Source: Patescibacteria group bacterium (lineage in GTDB: Bacteria > Patescibacteriota > Minisyncoccia > UBA6257 > GWB1-50-10). Taken from it: DNA of 56,238 nt. The notes under the pieces are model-generated. The model searched no databases, was not told the origin of the DNA, and was given only the letters and a program-made list of their open reading frames with translations. Made by a program: the position numbers and the translations under genes. The stretch spans positions 1 through 56,238 of the forward strand of contig JAMCRC010000025.1 in the NCBI GenBank assembly GCA_023380415.1, written 5' to 3'. This document shows positions 8,136-15,899 of this stretch, in pieces (position 1 is the stretch's first letter; each line of letters starts with the position of its first letter).

Positions 8136-9614
8136 GTGATAGATATCGAAAATCTGCCCTTCGTAGGTTTCGTGAACAACCTCGAAAGGCGCAGGGAATG
8201 GGTCGCCCATGCCAAGATCGTCCTGGAGCATCTGCGAAAGGGCGAAAACGTCGGCTTCGTGGCCGACACGGCGGCCGGGAAAACGATAGTCGCATTGATG
8301 GTCATCCTGGGCGGCGGATACCGAACACTCTTCGCCACGCCCCAGAAGATACTGACGCTTCAGCACCTCGAGCTTTTGCAAAAGCTCGCCGGCGACAATT
8401 CCATGGCCCGGGCCATTACCGGCGAAACGCCCCGGGAGAAACGGTCCTGGGACAAAGACCTGGTCATCGCCACGCCGCAGACCGTCGAGAACGACATCCG
8501 TTCCGGACGGCTCGACCTCGGCCGCTTCGAACTCTTCATTCCGGACGAGTTCCATCGCGCCGTCGGCCATTACTCCTACACCGCCATCGCGGAGACGGCC
8601 CATGCCCGAGGATTGAAGATCCTCGGCCTCTCGGCCTCCCCCGCGGGAGATCCGAGCAGGATCGAGGCGACCAAAAAGGGCCTTTTCCTCGATACGTTCA
8701 TCGTCGCCAACATCAAGGCGCCGGAACGCCTCGAAGATGTGGTGGTCGTGGAACCGGACGAGCGCCTCATCGAGGCCGAGACCTATCTGAGCACGATCAT
8801 CAGCAATACCGGCTTCGAACTTTTATCCGAGGGGCTCCTTCCTTCCGCGCCCAAGAAAATCCTGAACCAGAGAGAGCTCGACGAAATGCGCGCGCGCATC
8901 AACGGACTGCCGGCGGACGACCCGCTCCACTATACCGGCCTTTCCCTGACGGCCCGCTACCTGAAGCTGCGCCACGCCCTCTCGCTGCTCCTTACGGACG
9001 GCTATCATTCCTTCATTGCCTACGGAACGCGCCTTGCCGCGGACGAGACCAAGGCCGCCCGCTTCATCTGGACGAGCCCGGACTTCCAAGGCGCCATGAC
9101 GATAGCCAAGAACGAACGCCATCCCAAGGAATCCAAATTCATCGAACTGGCCCAATCGCTCAAGCGCGCCGGCAAGAACGCCCTGGTCTTCGTGGGAACG
9201 AAAGAGACCGGAGCATGGCTCAAAGGCCGCCTGATGGACGACGGACTGCGGGCCGAATTCCTTTCCGGCGGACGGGGCAAAGACGCCAAGAGGCAACGGA
9301 ATATCCTTGACCGCTTGGCGTCGCGCGAGATCGATGCGCTTCTCGCCACATCCGTGGTCGAAGAGGGAGTATCCATCCCCGAGGTCGATACGGTCATCCA
9401 TTATTCCATGCCGCAAACGCCCGTTGCGCGCAAACAACGCAACGGCCGGACCGGACGCCTGAAGACCGGCCACATCGTCTTCATCAGGATGAACAATGCG
9501 CTGGACGGCGCCGCCTACTTCGGAACGCGGCGCAAAATGAACGCCGTTCAGGCCGCCATCGAAGGCCGAACCTATCCCGAAAAAGAACCGCTTCCCCTTT
9601 TCCCAGGGTGGTGA
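8136..9614 (+). CDS. SF2 DEAD/DEAH-box helicase (Hef/Mph1-like, COG1111-type)
   Basis: GTG 8136 with AGGAGG 5 nt upstream. Motifs: ADTAAGKT (Walker A), DEFH (II), SASP (III), QRNGRTGR (VI). Confidence 0.85.
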   Translation: MIDIENLPFVGFVNNLERRREWVAHAKIVLEHLRKGENVGFVADTAAGKTIVALMVILGGGYRTLFATPQKILTLQHLELLQKLAGDNSMARAITGETPREKRSWDKDLVIATPQTVENDIRSGRLDLGRFELFIPDEFHRAVGHYSYTAIAETAHARGLKILGLSASPAGDPSRIEATKKGLFLDTFIVANIKAPERLEDVVVVEPDERLIEAETYLSTIISNTGFELLSEGLLPSAPKKILNQRELDEMRARINGLPADDPLHYTGLSLTARYLKLRHALSLLLTDGYHSFIAYGTRLAADETKAARFIWTSPDFQGAMTIAKNERHPKESKFIELAQSLKRAGKNALVFVGTKETGAWLKGRLMDDGLRAEFLSGGRGKDAKRQRNILDRLASREIDALLATSVVEEGVSIPEVDTVIHYSMPQTPVARKQRNGRTGRLKTGHIVFIRMNNALDGAAYFGTRRKMNAVQAAIEGRTYPEKEPLPLFPGW

Positions 9615-9636
9615 AGCGGGAGCATCCGCACACAAG

Positions 9637-9665
9637 CGGCCGATCGCATGATCGGCCGTTATTAT
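9637..9665 (+). terminator. hairpin after helicase gene
   Basis: Stem CGGCCGATC / GATCGGCCG with a 4-nt loop, followed by TTATTAT. Confidence 0.45.
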
Positions 9666-9669
9666 CCAC

Positions 9670-9701
9670 AAAAAAGAAGGAGGTCCGACCTCCTTCTTTT
9701 T
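9670..9701. terminator. bidirectional intrinsic terminator (helicase / argS)
   Basis: A-run, 9-bp stem AGAAGGAGG / CCTCCTTCT, 5-nt loop, then a T-run. It lies directly after the argS stop (9704-9706). Confidence 0.65.
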
Positions 9702-9703
9702 GG

Positions 9704-11293
9704 CTACATTTTCTTCGGAGCGGAAATGCCCAACACAACGAAGAGGTTTTCGAGGACGGTGGCGGTCGCCCGGACAAGGGCCAAGCGCGCGCCTTTTACG
9801 TCCCCGGCCTCTCCGATAATGCGCTCCTTCTCGTAAAACTGCTGGAAATCGCGGGCCAAGTCGATGGCGTAGCGCGCCAGACGATGGGCCTGGTAGTCCC
9901 GGGCCGTTTCTTCGATAAGGTCCGGGAATTCGAGGAGCGCCCGAATGAGGACCTGGTCTTCGGGCGTATCCAAGAGGCCGAGGTCCTTGGAGTCAGGTCT
10001 GACCGCACCCGCTTTCTTCAGAATGCCCTTCGCCCGCACATAGGCGTATTGGACGTAGTAAATCGGGTTCTTCACGGACCGCTCTTTCGCGAGACCCATA
10101 TCGAAATCCATATGCGTCGACGGCGATATCATGAGGAAGAAGAAGCGGGCCACATCGAGGCCGACCTCGTCGACGAGATCCTCGAACGTGAGGAAATTAC
10201 CCTTCCGCTTCGACATCTTGAACTCCGTCCCGTCTTTCATGAGGCGGATGGCCTGGGTGATGATGACCTCGGAGCGCTTGAAGCCCAAGATCTTGGCCAC
10301 GGATTGGATGCGCTTCACGTAACCGTAATGATCCGGTCCCAATATGTTGATCTTCTCGCTGAAGCCGCGCTTTTGGGTCTCCAAATAGTGGCCGGCATCG
10401 GAGAGAAAGTAGGTCGGGTTGCCGTCGCTCGTGACAAGCACGCGGTCCTTGTCGTCGCCGAAGGCCGTGGTCTTGAGCCACACCGCCCCTTCGGACTCGT
10501 AAATGAATCCCGCTTTCTTGAAGATCTCCATGGCTTTCTGGGGCATCTTGGCCTTATGGACGGCCTTCTCAGAGGTATAGCGGTCGAACCGGATACCCGC
10601 TTTCTCGCCGACCGCTTTTTTTATGAGGCCGAGGAAGTCCTTGGCCGCTCTTTCGCCGAGAGCCATCGGGTCCTTCTGCAGCCTTTTGACCAACGCGGCG
10701 TTCTTCTTCGCCCAATCCTTCACGTATTCCCCTTTATAAAAACTCTCTTCGTCCGGGATAATGCCCAAGGCGGCGATTATCGACTGGCCGAGCGTGAGCA
10801 CCTGGTGGCCGGTATCGTTAACGTAGTACTCCTTCTCCACTTTGGCGCCCGCCAGGCGCAGCACGTTCCCCAGAACGTCGCCCAGAAATCCTCCCCGGCC
10901 GTTCGCGAGCGTGAGCGGTCCCGTTGGGTTCGCCGAGACGAACTCGACCTGGACCTTCGATCCGGCGGCCGCCTTCGAGGCGCCGTATCTCCTGCCGAGC
11001 TTCAATATGCCCATGAGGCCGGCGTTCAGGGCGGAAGGCGTCAGATAAAAATTAACGAATCCCGGGCCGGCTGCTTCTACTTTCTCGAAAAACCCGCGGG
11101 GCGCTCTTTCTTTGATGTCCCGGACGAGCACGGCCGCGACCGCCGCCGGGCTCTTGCCCTGCTCTTTGGCCAGACGGAAAGCGATGGTCGTGGAATAATG
11201 GGCCGCTTGGCCATCCGGCACCACCACATCGCCCTCCTTGGCGTCGGGCACTATCCTTCGCAGTATCCTCAAAATGGAATCCTTGGCGTTCAC
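9704..11293 (-). CDS. argS: arginine--tRNA ligase (non-canonical HIGH motif)
   Basis: 529 aa with a GTG start. Aligns by eye with Bacillus-type ArgRS: VEFVSANPTGPL..., YYVNDTGHQ, KMSKRKGN. The HIGH position reads TLAN (see finding). Confidence 0.93.
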   Translation of the reverse strand: MNAKDSILRILRRIVPDAKEGDVVVPDGQAAHYSTTIAFRLAKEQGKSPAAVAAVLVRDIKERAPRGFFEKVEAAGPGFVNFYLTPSALNAGLMGILKLGRRYGASKAAAGSKVQVEFVSANPTGPLTLANGRGGFLGDVLGNVLRLAGAKVEKEYYVNDTGHQVLTLGQSIIAALGIIPDEESFYKGEYVKDWAKKNAALVKRLQKDPMALGERAAKDFLGLIKKAVGEKAGIRFDRYTSEKAVHKAKMPQKAMEIFKKAGFIYESEGAVWLKTTAFGDDKDRVLVTSDGNPTYFLSDAGHYLETQKRGFSEKINILGPDHYGYVKRIQSVAKILGFKRSEVIITQAIRLMKDGTEFKMSKRKGNFLTFEDLVDEVGLDVARFFFLMISPSTHMDFDMGLAKERSVKNPIYYVQYAYVRAKGILKKAGAVRPDSKDLGLLDTPEDQVLIRALLEFPDLIEETARDYQAHRLARYAIDLARDFQQFYEKERIIGEAGDVKGARLALVRATATVLENLFVVLGISAPKKM

Positions 11294-11317
11294 ACATTAA
11301 ATCTAGCCGATTTCAAG

Positions 11318-11360
11318 ACAAAAATAAAAACCCGCGCCGGAAATGCATCCAGAGCGCGGG
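11318..11360 (-). terminator. intrinsic terminator after the 11386..11817 gene
   Basis: In minus sense: stem CCCGCGC / GCGCGGG with an inner GGA/UCC pairing, followed by TTTTTATTTTT. Confidence 0.5.
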
Positions 11361-11385
11361 CAAAGGAGGCTTATCGCCCCCAAGA

Positions 11386-11817
11386 TCAAAGTTCCTCGTA
11401 ATAGCCGATGATATCGGCTAATGAATGCACCTGCGGCGCGTCGGTCAAACTGCGATTGCGGACATCTATCCGTTTGGCGCCGGCCCGCCGGGCGATGGCG
11501 AGCACCGCCGGATCGTAATGGACGCAAAAGGATCTTTTGGGACGGTGGTGGCGGACCAAGGCCCTTATGCCGGCGCGGATCGCGCCGTGGTCCTCGCCCA
11601 CGAATACCGTCGGGAAATTTACCGATCTCTTCTTGAGATAATCCATCGCCCTCATCTTCTCCGGGGCGCGGCCAAGGACCACCAGGGCCACATCGTCACC
11701 CTTCCGCCTGAGCATGCCGATAACGAACCTGACGTCGTCCTTCAGATAAAATCCTCTTTCGTCCTCTCCGACCAGAACGCTCAATCCGAAGATGAACAGA
11801 TTGTTCTTTCTTTTCAT
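11386..11817 (-). CDS. hypothetical protein (143 aa)
   Basis: Only plausible ORF in this interval, with protein-like composition. No confident domain. Confidence 0.55.
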   Translation of the reverse strand: MKRKNNLFIFGLSVLVGEDERGFYLKDDVRFVIGMLRRKGDDVALVVLGRAPEKMRAMDYLKKRSVNFPTVFVGEDHGAIRAGIRALVRHHRPKRSFCVHYDPAVLAIARRAGAKRIDVRNRSLTDAPQVHSLADIIGYYEEL

Positions 11818-11952
11818 TTAATGCTCCTTATTTTGTTTTCAAAACGAACTCCGCCTCGCTCCGCCCAAGGCGGACGATATAAAGGAGTTGAAACCTTTTT
11901 CAAAATATATAATCTGGTGAAATATGTCAACCCATGATAACCTGAAAGCGGA

Positions 11953-12393
11953 ATGAAAACCCTTTCCGAGAACAAGCGCGCCCGCTTCGACTACGAATTC
12001 CTGGAAAAGTACGACGCAGGCATCGAACTCAAGGGCTTCGAAGCGAAAGCCGCGGTTTTGGGGCGAGTCAATTTGGCCGGCGCCTATGCCACGGTGAAGG
12101 ACGGCGAGGTCTGGCTCACGAACTGCGATATCCCGCCCTACCAGCCGAAGAATATGCCGGCGGACTACGACTCCAAGCGACCGCGCCGCTTGCTCCTCAC
12201 CCGTGGCGAGATCGCGGAACTTATCGGCCGGACCAAGGAAAAGGGATTGACCTTAGTGCCGATTCAGATGTATAGTAAGAGCCATCTCGTGAAGGTGGAA
12301 CTCGGCCTGGGGCGCAGCCGCAAGAAGGCGGATAAGCGCGAGGTCCTGAAAAAGAAGGCCGCCGAACGCGAGATACGGGATTTTAAAAATTAA
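11953..12393 (+). CDS. smpB: SsrA-binding protein SmpB
   Basis: 146 aa. Typical sequence: NKRARFDYEFLEKYDAGIELKGFEAK..., with a basic C-terminal tail. tmRNA follows immediately. Confidence 0.95.
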   Translation: MKTLSENKRARFDYEFLEKYDAGIELKGFEAKAAVLGRVNLAGAYATVKDGEVWLTNCDIPPYQPKNMPADYDSKRPRRLLLTRGEIAELIGRTKEKGLTLVPIQMYSKSHLVKVELGLGRSRKKADKREVLKKKAAEREIRDFKN

Positions 12394-12401
12394 ATTCCAC
12401 T

Positions 12402-12714
12402 GGGGATGTCGGGCTTTGACAGGGCATCTTCCGCGGAAATCGCGAGCCGAGCCGACCGACTCGTAAATCCGGTCGAAATCTTAACTGCCAATAAATCAGC
12501 AGTTCCGGCTTTAGCTTACGCTTAAGCAGGCATCGGTCCCTGACGCCTACTAGGGGGTCGCCGGTGTAATAACGCGGGCTCTGGCCTCTCGAAGATGCTT
12601 CGCCCGAGAGGGGCCGAGACTTAGCGAGGCACTTCGTACTTGTTTTCAAGCACTACGCTCGTAGAAGGTTTGCACGGAACGTCCTGGATGTGGGTCCAAC
12701 TCCCACCATCTCCA
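12402..12714 (+). ncRNA. ssrA: tmRNA (transfer-messenger RNA)
   Basis: 5' end GGGGAUGUCGGGCUUUGACAGGG; 3' end GUGGGUCCAACUCCCACCAUCUCCA. The acceptor stem GGGGAUG/CAUCUCC contains G3:U, with a T-arm adjacent. The tag ORF (12487-12525) GCC AAU AAA UCA GCA GUU CCG GCU UUA GCU UAC GCU UAA encodes ANKSAVPALAYA*. CCA is not encoded. Confidence 0.9.
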
Positions 12715-12723
12715 CAACAACTT

Positions 12724-12750
12724 AAAGCCGTCTCTCTTGAGGCGGTTTTA
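12724..12750 (+). terminator. intrinsic terminator after tmRNA
   Basis: Stem AAAGCCGUCUC / GAGGCGGUUUU (includes G:U pairs), UCUU loop, then a T-run. Confidence 0.5.
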
Positions 12751-12797
12751 AGTTGCTTACGCGATGGGGAGGTGGACCGGGGAAATCCATCGGCATG

Positions 12798-12826
12798 TTG
12801 ACACAAATCCATATAACAGACATTAT
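12798..12826 (+). promoter_or_regulatory. candidate promoter for the epimerase-like gene
   Basis: TTGACA (12798-12803), 17 nt, then CATTAT (12821-12826). Confidence 0.3.
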
Positions 12827-12874
12827 TTAGACGCTCTTAATATAAAAGAATAAGACAGAAAAAGGAGGTAGAAA

Positions 12875-13627
12875 TTGACACCGTTATTGATCGACCTCGG
12901 AGAGACCGAAGCGCGCGTTTCCGAAAAAGGAGGCACGATAACCCGGCTCACTCATAAAGGGAAACCGATATTCGCCACTCAATTCGAAAAGAGCGGCGGT
13001 AAAATGCGCGGCGGATGCCATGCTTGCGCTCCCTGGTTCGGATCGTCCGACCTGGGCCGCCAACACGGGCACTTGAGGGACATTGCCGGCCGCGGCATTT
13101 CCCATCACAACGCCGCCTATGTCGAATTGGCCCGCGGCAGTGACAGCGCCTATCCCTGGAACATGGCCTACAACACAAAGACCATCATCCACGAATCGGG
13201 CATCATTGAAACGGGTTTTAGCATGCGCCGCCTGAACGACGAAGAAAAAGGCGGCGACAAGGCCCCGGCTCCGGCCAATCCCGCCCAGCACCCCTACTAC
13301 GCCTGTACGGACGCAAGCAAGACCTGCGTCATCGTGAACGGCAAAAGGGAATACGGCTTCAGTGACAAGGCGCACGGCATCGAAATGGCCCTCAAAAGAG
13401 AGATCATCATCGAGATGCCGGACCGATGGATGGAGATCTCTTTGGGCGGCGCCTTTATGGAAAGGCGGAACCCCTGGATATTCCTCTGGACCGACGCGCC
13501 TAAAGAGTATGTCTGCGTCGAGCCGGTCCTTTACGATCCCACTGATTTCAACACCCCGAAGGGACTTTCATTGAAGATCGGCCAAGTGCTCGATATTTCG
13601 ATGACGCTCAAGATATACCTGCGATAG
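12875..13627 (+). CDS. aldose 1-epimerase family protein (hexose-6-phosphate mutarotase-like)
   Basis: TTG 12875 with AGGAGG 6 nt upstream. MRGGCHACAPWFG...QHGHLRD resembles the YeaD-type RGGIPxCxPWFG...HGFxR motif. Confidence 0.7.
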   Translation: MTPLLIDLGETEARVSEKGGTITRLTHKGKPIFATQFEKSGGKMRGGCHACAPWFGSSDLGRQHGHLRDIAGRGISHHNAAYVELARGSDSAYPWNMAYNTKTIIHESGIIETGFSMRRLNDEEKGGDKAPAPANPAQHPYYACTDASKTCVIVNGKREYGFSDKAHGIEMALKREIIIEMPDRWMEISLGGAFMERRNPWIFLWTDAPKEYVCVEPVLYDPTDFNTPKGLSLKIGQVLDISMTLKIYLR

Positions 13628-13634
13628 TGATTTA

Positions 13635-13666
13635 CGGCACCCGTGCGATGGGTGCCGCTTTATTTT
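13635..13666 (+). terminator. intrinsic terminator after epimerase-like gene
   Basis: Stem CGGCACCC / GGGTGCCG with a 7-nt loop, then CTTTATTTT. Confidence 0.65.
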
Positions 13667-13697
13667 AAAAAGAAGACCGCCATCAAGGGCGGTCTTC
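13667..13697 (-). terminator. minus-strand intrinsic terminator with no minus-strand CDS upstream of it
   Basis: 10-bp stem GAAGACCGCC / GGCGGTCTTC with a 6-nt loop. The A-run on the plus side becomes a U-run after the hairpin in minus sense. Confidence 0.5.
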
Positions 13698-13849
13698 AGC
13701 TTCCATTCGTAAGTTGTTGCATATTTTTGGAAGCGGTCATAGCTATTGACTCTTCACTATATATAACGATATTCCCTTAGTTTTTGTTGCACCCCACCAC
13801 TCTCCCCGCCGCGCAGGAGAAAATTTGACCCAACTATAATCCTTGAGTA

Positions 13850-14105
13850 AGAGTGCCCGGGAATCGTTATTTTTATCCTCTTCTAGGGCATCTGGCGGCA
13901 GCTTAGAGCAAGCATACCAAGAGACGTCATTTCTCCATCAACCCCTAGGCCGCTGGCGGTTTTCCGAGCCTCATTTCCCTCAGCCGACAGGCCGCATGTT
14001 CTGCGAGGAGCGTGAGACTTGGCCTAGCGGCCCGGAGCGCTCGACGAGCAGGATATGCGGCCTGAAGGCGCCCCCCCTCGTTATCCACAGCCGCCCGCCT
14101 CCTTC
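13850..14105. ncRNA. candidate structured ncRNA (identity and strand unresolved; RNase P RNA-like or 6S-like)
   Basis: 520-nt gap without a credible ORF. A GC-rich core sits between AT-rich flanks. A perfect 10-bp inverted repeat (13988-13997 / 14055-14064) encloses nested helices. See finding. Confidence 0.35.
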
Positions 14106-14107
14106 TG

Positions 14108-14227
14108 TGCTATACTATGAGTAGGACCTTGAGAAAAGAATAAAGCGTTTTAGGCATAAGCCTACATACGGGCTTTATAGCCCCATATTTCTCAAGGCCT
14201 CTATTTTATTCATGGGGCCTTTTTTTT
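14108..14227 (+). promoter_or_regulatory. extended -10 promoter plus structured leader / attenuator upstream of infC-rpmI-rplT (L20-leader-like)
   Basis: TGcTATACT at 14108-14116. A 10-bp helix CCUUGAGAAA (14127-36) / UUUCUCAAGG (14188-97) encloses two hairpins (14151-64, 14170-83). A competing hairpin AAGGCCUC / GGGGCCUU (14194-14221) runs into T8 (14220-27). Confidence 0.45.
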
Positions 14228-14754
14228 ATCCGCGTTTCTGGTATCATTCCCACATACAACACCGCATCAACAACCAGATAATCGCGCCGGAGCTCCGCAT
14301 CGTCGGAGCGGAAGGAGAGAATCTCGGCATCATGGCCAAAGCGAAAGCTTTGGCTTTGGCGCAAGAAAAGGGCCTCGATCTCATCGAGATCGCGCCCATG
14401 GCCCAGCCTCCCGTAGCGCGGTTGATGGACTACGATAAATTCCGTTACGAGCAGGCGAAGGAGGAGAAGAAACAGCGCCAGGCCCAGAAGCAGAAAGAAC
14501 TGAAACAGGTCCGCATCACCGGCCGAGCGGCCGCGAACGATCTTGCCATCCGGGCCAAGGCGGCCGACAAATTCCTCGAGGAAGGCCACAAGGTGGAGAT
14601 AAACCTCGCCCTTAGGGGCCGGGAGAAGGCCCACAAGGACTGGGCCTTGCAGAAAATGCAGGAATTCCTTAGTATGATTACCGTTCCTTACGTCACAACC
14701 ATGGCGCCGAAGCCGGGTGGACGCGGGTATAACGCTCAGATAGTCAAAAAATAA
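14212..14754 (+). CDS. infC: translation initiation factor IF-3
   Basis: RINNQIIAPELRIVGAEGENLGIM...PPVARLMDYDKFRYE is typical IF3. ATG 14212 lies inside the terminator-like hairpin. The true start may be a non-AUG codon (ATA 14254 or ATC 14266), as is usual for infC. Confidence 0.9.
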   Translation: MGPFFYPRFWYHSHIQHRINNQIIAPELRIVGAEGENLGIMAKAKALALAQEKGLDLIEIAPMAQPPVARLMDYDKFRYEQAKEEKKQRQAQKQKELKQVRITGRAAANDLAIRAKAADKFLEEGHKVEINLALRGREKAHKDWALQKMQEFLSMITVPYVTTMAPKPGGRGYNAQIVKK

Positions 14755-14927
14755 TGTCGGCAAAAAGCGTACAAAAAAGGGTCCGGGTCACAAGGTCCGG
14801 AAAAGTGATGCGCCGCGCGAAGGGCCTGGGCCACTCGCGCTTCAACAAGAATTCGACCCAAATGAAACGCAAGAAAGGGGCGCGCGGATTGAACTTGCCC
14901 ACGGAAAGGATCGTAAGGTATTTATAG
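14754..14927 (+). CDS. rpmI: 50S ribosomal protein L35
   Basis: Not in the track (57 aa). Sequence MSAKSVQKRVRVTRSGKVMRRAKGLGHSRFNKNSTQMKRKKGARGLNLPTERIVRYL. The ATG overlaps the infC stop (TAATG). Confidence 0.9.
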   Translation: MSAKSVQKRVRVTRSGKVMRRAKGLGHSRFNKNSTQMKRKKGARGLNLPTERIVRYL

Positions 14928-14930
14928 ACC

Positions 14931-15275
14931 ATGCCAAGAGTAAAACGGGGAACAATCGCCAATAAAAAGAGAAAGCGGACGCTGAAGCGGACCAAGGGAT
15001 TCCGCTGGGACCGCAAGAGCAAGGAGCGGGCCGCCAAGGAAGCCCTCCTTCATTCTTTGAGCCGCAAGTTCAAGGGCCGCAAGGAGAAGAAGCGCGTCTA
15101 CCGCACCCTCTGGAACACCAAGATAAGCGCCGCGGTCCGCGAGCACGAGATGAGCTACAGCCGCTTCATCGACGCCCTGAAGAAGAAGGGGGTGAAGCTC
15201 GACCGGAAGGTCCTCGCCGACATCGCCGAGCACGAACCGGAGACGTTCAAGAAGATAATCGAGTTCGTCAGATAA
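14931..15275 (+). CDS. rplT: 50S ribosomal protein L20
   Basis: 114 aa beginning MPRVKRGTIANKKRKRTLKRTKGFRW..., typical L20. Confidence 0.95.
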   Translation: MPRVKRGTIANKKRKRTLKRTKGFRWDRKSKERAAKEALLHSLSRKFKGRKEKKRVYRTLWNTKISAAVREHEMSYSRFIDALKKKGVKLDRKVLADIAEHEPETFKKIIEFVR

Positions 15276-15310
15276 TAACTGGCTGGCACAGCCGATCGAC
15301 ATCGATAACG

Positions 15311-15336
15311 AACCCCGCCACTAGGCGGGGTTTTTG
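15311..15336. terminator. bidirectional intrinsic terminator (rplT / NUDIX gene)
   Basis: Stem CCCCGCC / GGCGGGG with an ACTA loop, then T5. The NUDIX stop codon lies in the loop. Confidence 0.6.
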
Positions 15337-15863
15337 ATATCCTTATTCTCCCTGGCTGGCTGGGACTGGACGACCTCGGCCGGGGCGGGCATGGGCGGGG
15401 CCGGCTTCTTCTTCTTGGCGTCCTCGACGATGGTGTCGTAGGCCCGCTTCAGATTCCGTTTCAGCGTCGGGGCCTTGAGCATCTTCATCGCGTCCTTGTA
15501 GAGGAACCAGGCATAGCCCTGATGCTCCCTTGGGACGATCGTGATGAGCTGCTTTTGGGTCTCGGCCAGATAGTAGATCACAAGGCGCGGGATGCGCTCT
15601 TTTTCCTTGGTGTAGAAGACGAAACGGTCCGTCACCCGGAACCAGTCTCTGAAGCGCAGGTCTTTGGGCTTCAAACCGGTCTCTTCCTCGACCTCGCGGA
15701 GGGCCGCCTTGAAGCTCTTCTCCCCTTCCGCAAGCTTTCCTTTGGGGAAATTCCAATAATAGCCGCCGTGGTAGAGAAGAAGGAACTTGATGCCCTCCGG
15801 GGTTCGGCGGTACACAATGATGCCGGCCGACACCGACACGTTATTTTTATTCATCCCGTCCAT
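15321..15863 (-). CDS. NUDIX hydrolase
   Basis: Nudix box GKLAEGEKSFKAALREVEEETG (Gx5Ex7REUxEExGU). The track ORF extends to 15890. Met10 or Met13 is the more likely start. Confidence 0.85.
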   Translation of the reverse strand: MDGMNKNNVSVSAGIIVYRRTPEGIKFLLLYHGGYYWNFPKGKLAEGEKSFKAALREVEEETGLKPKDLRFRDWFRVTDRFVFYTKEKERIPRLVIYYLAETQKQLITIVPREHQGYAWFLYKDAMKMLKAPTLKRNLKRAYDTIVEDAKKKKPAPPMPAPAEVVQSQPARENKDIKNPA

Positions 15864-15899
15864 TCTACACCCGCCCCGGCGGACGGGCAAAAACGCCGG

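Noticed and set aside
9662-9670. Perfect DnaA-box 9-mers TTATCCACA at 9662-9670 and 14081-14089 as signs of a second origin.
   Set aside because: They are isolated single boxes in terminator or ncRNA spacers far from dnaA, with no AT-rich unwinding element or box cluster. They are most likely chance occurrences or minor DnaA-titration or regulatory sites.
12383-12812. ORFs 12383..12649 (-) and 12621..12812 (-).
   Set aside because: They overlap the tmRNA gene on the opposite strand and have no protein-like features.
13850-14105. A firm call of this region as RNase P RNA (rnpB).
   Set aside because: A P2/P4-like pseudoknot and a bulged nucleotide can be drawn, but the universally conserved GGAAAGUCC / ACAGAA core is absent and the P1 pairing is unclear. 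It is reported only as an unassigned ncRNA candidate.
13843-14124. 93-aa TTG-start ORF in the epimerase-infC gap.
   Set aside because: Low-complexity Ser/Pro/Arg-rich translation with no RBS. The region is better explained as structured RNA.
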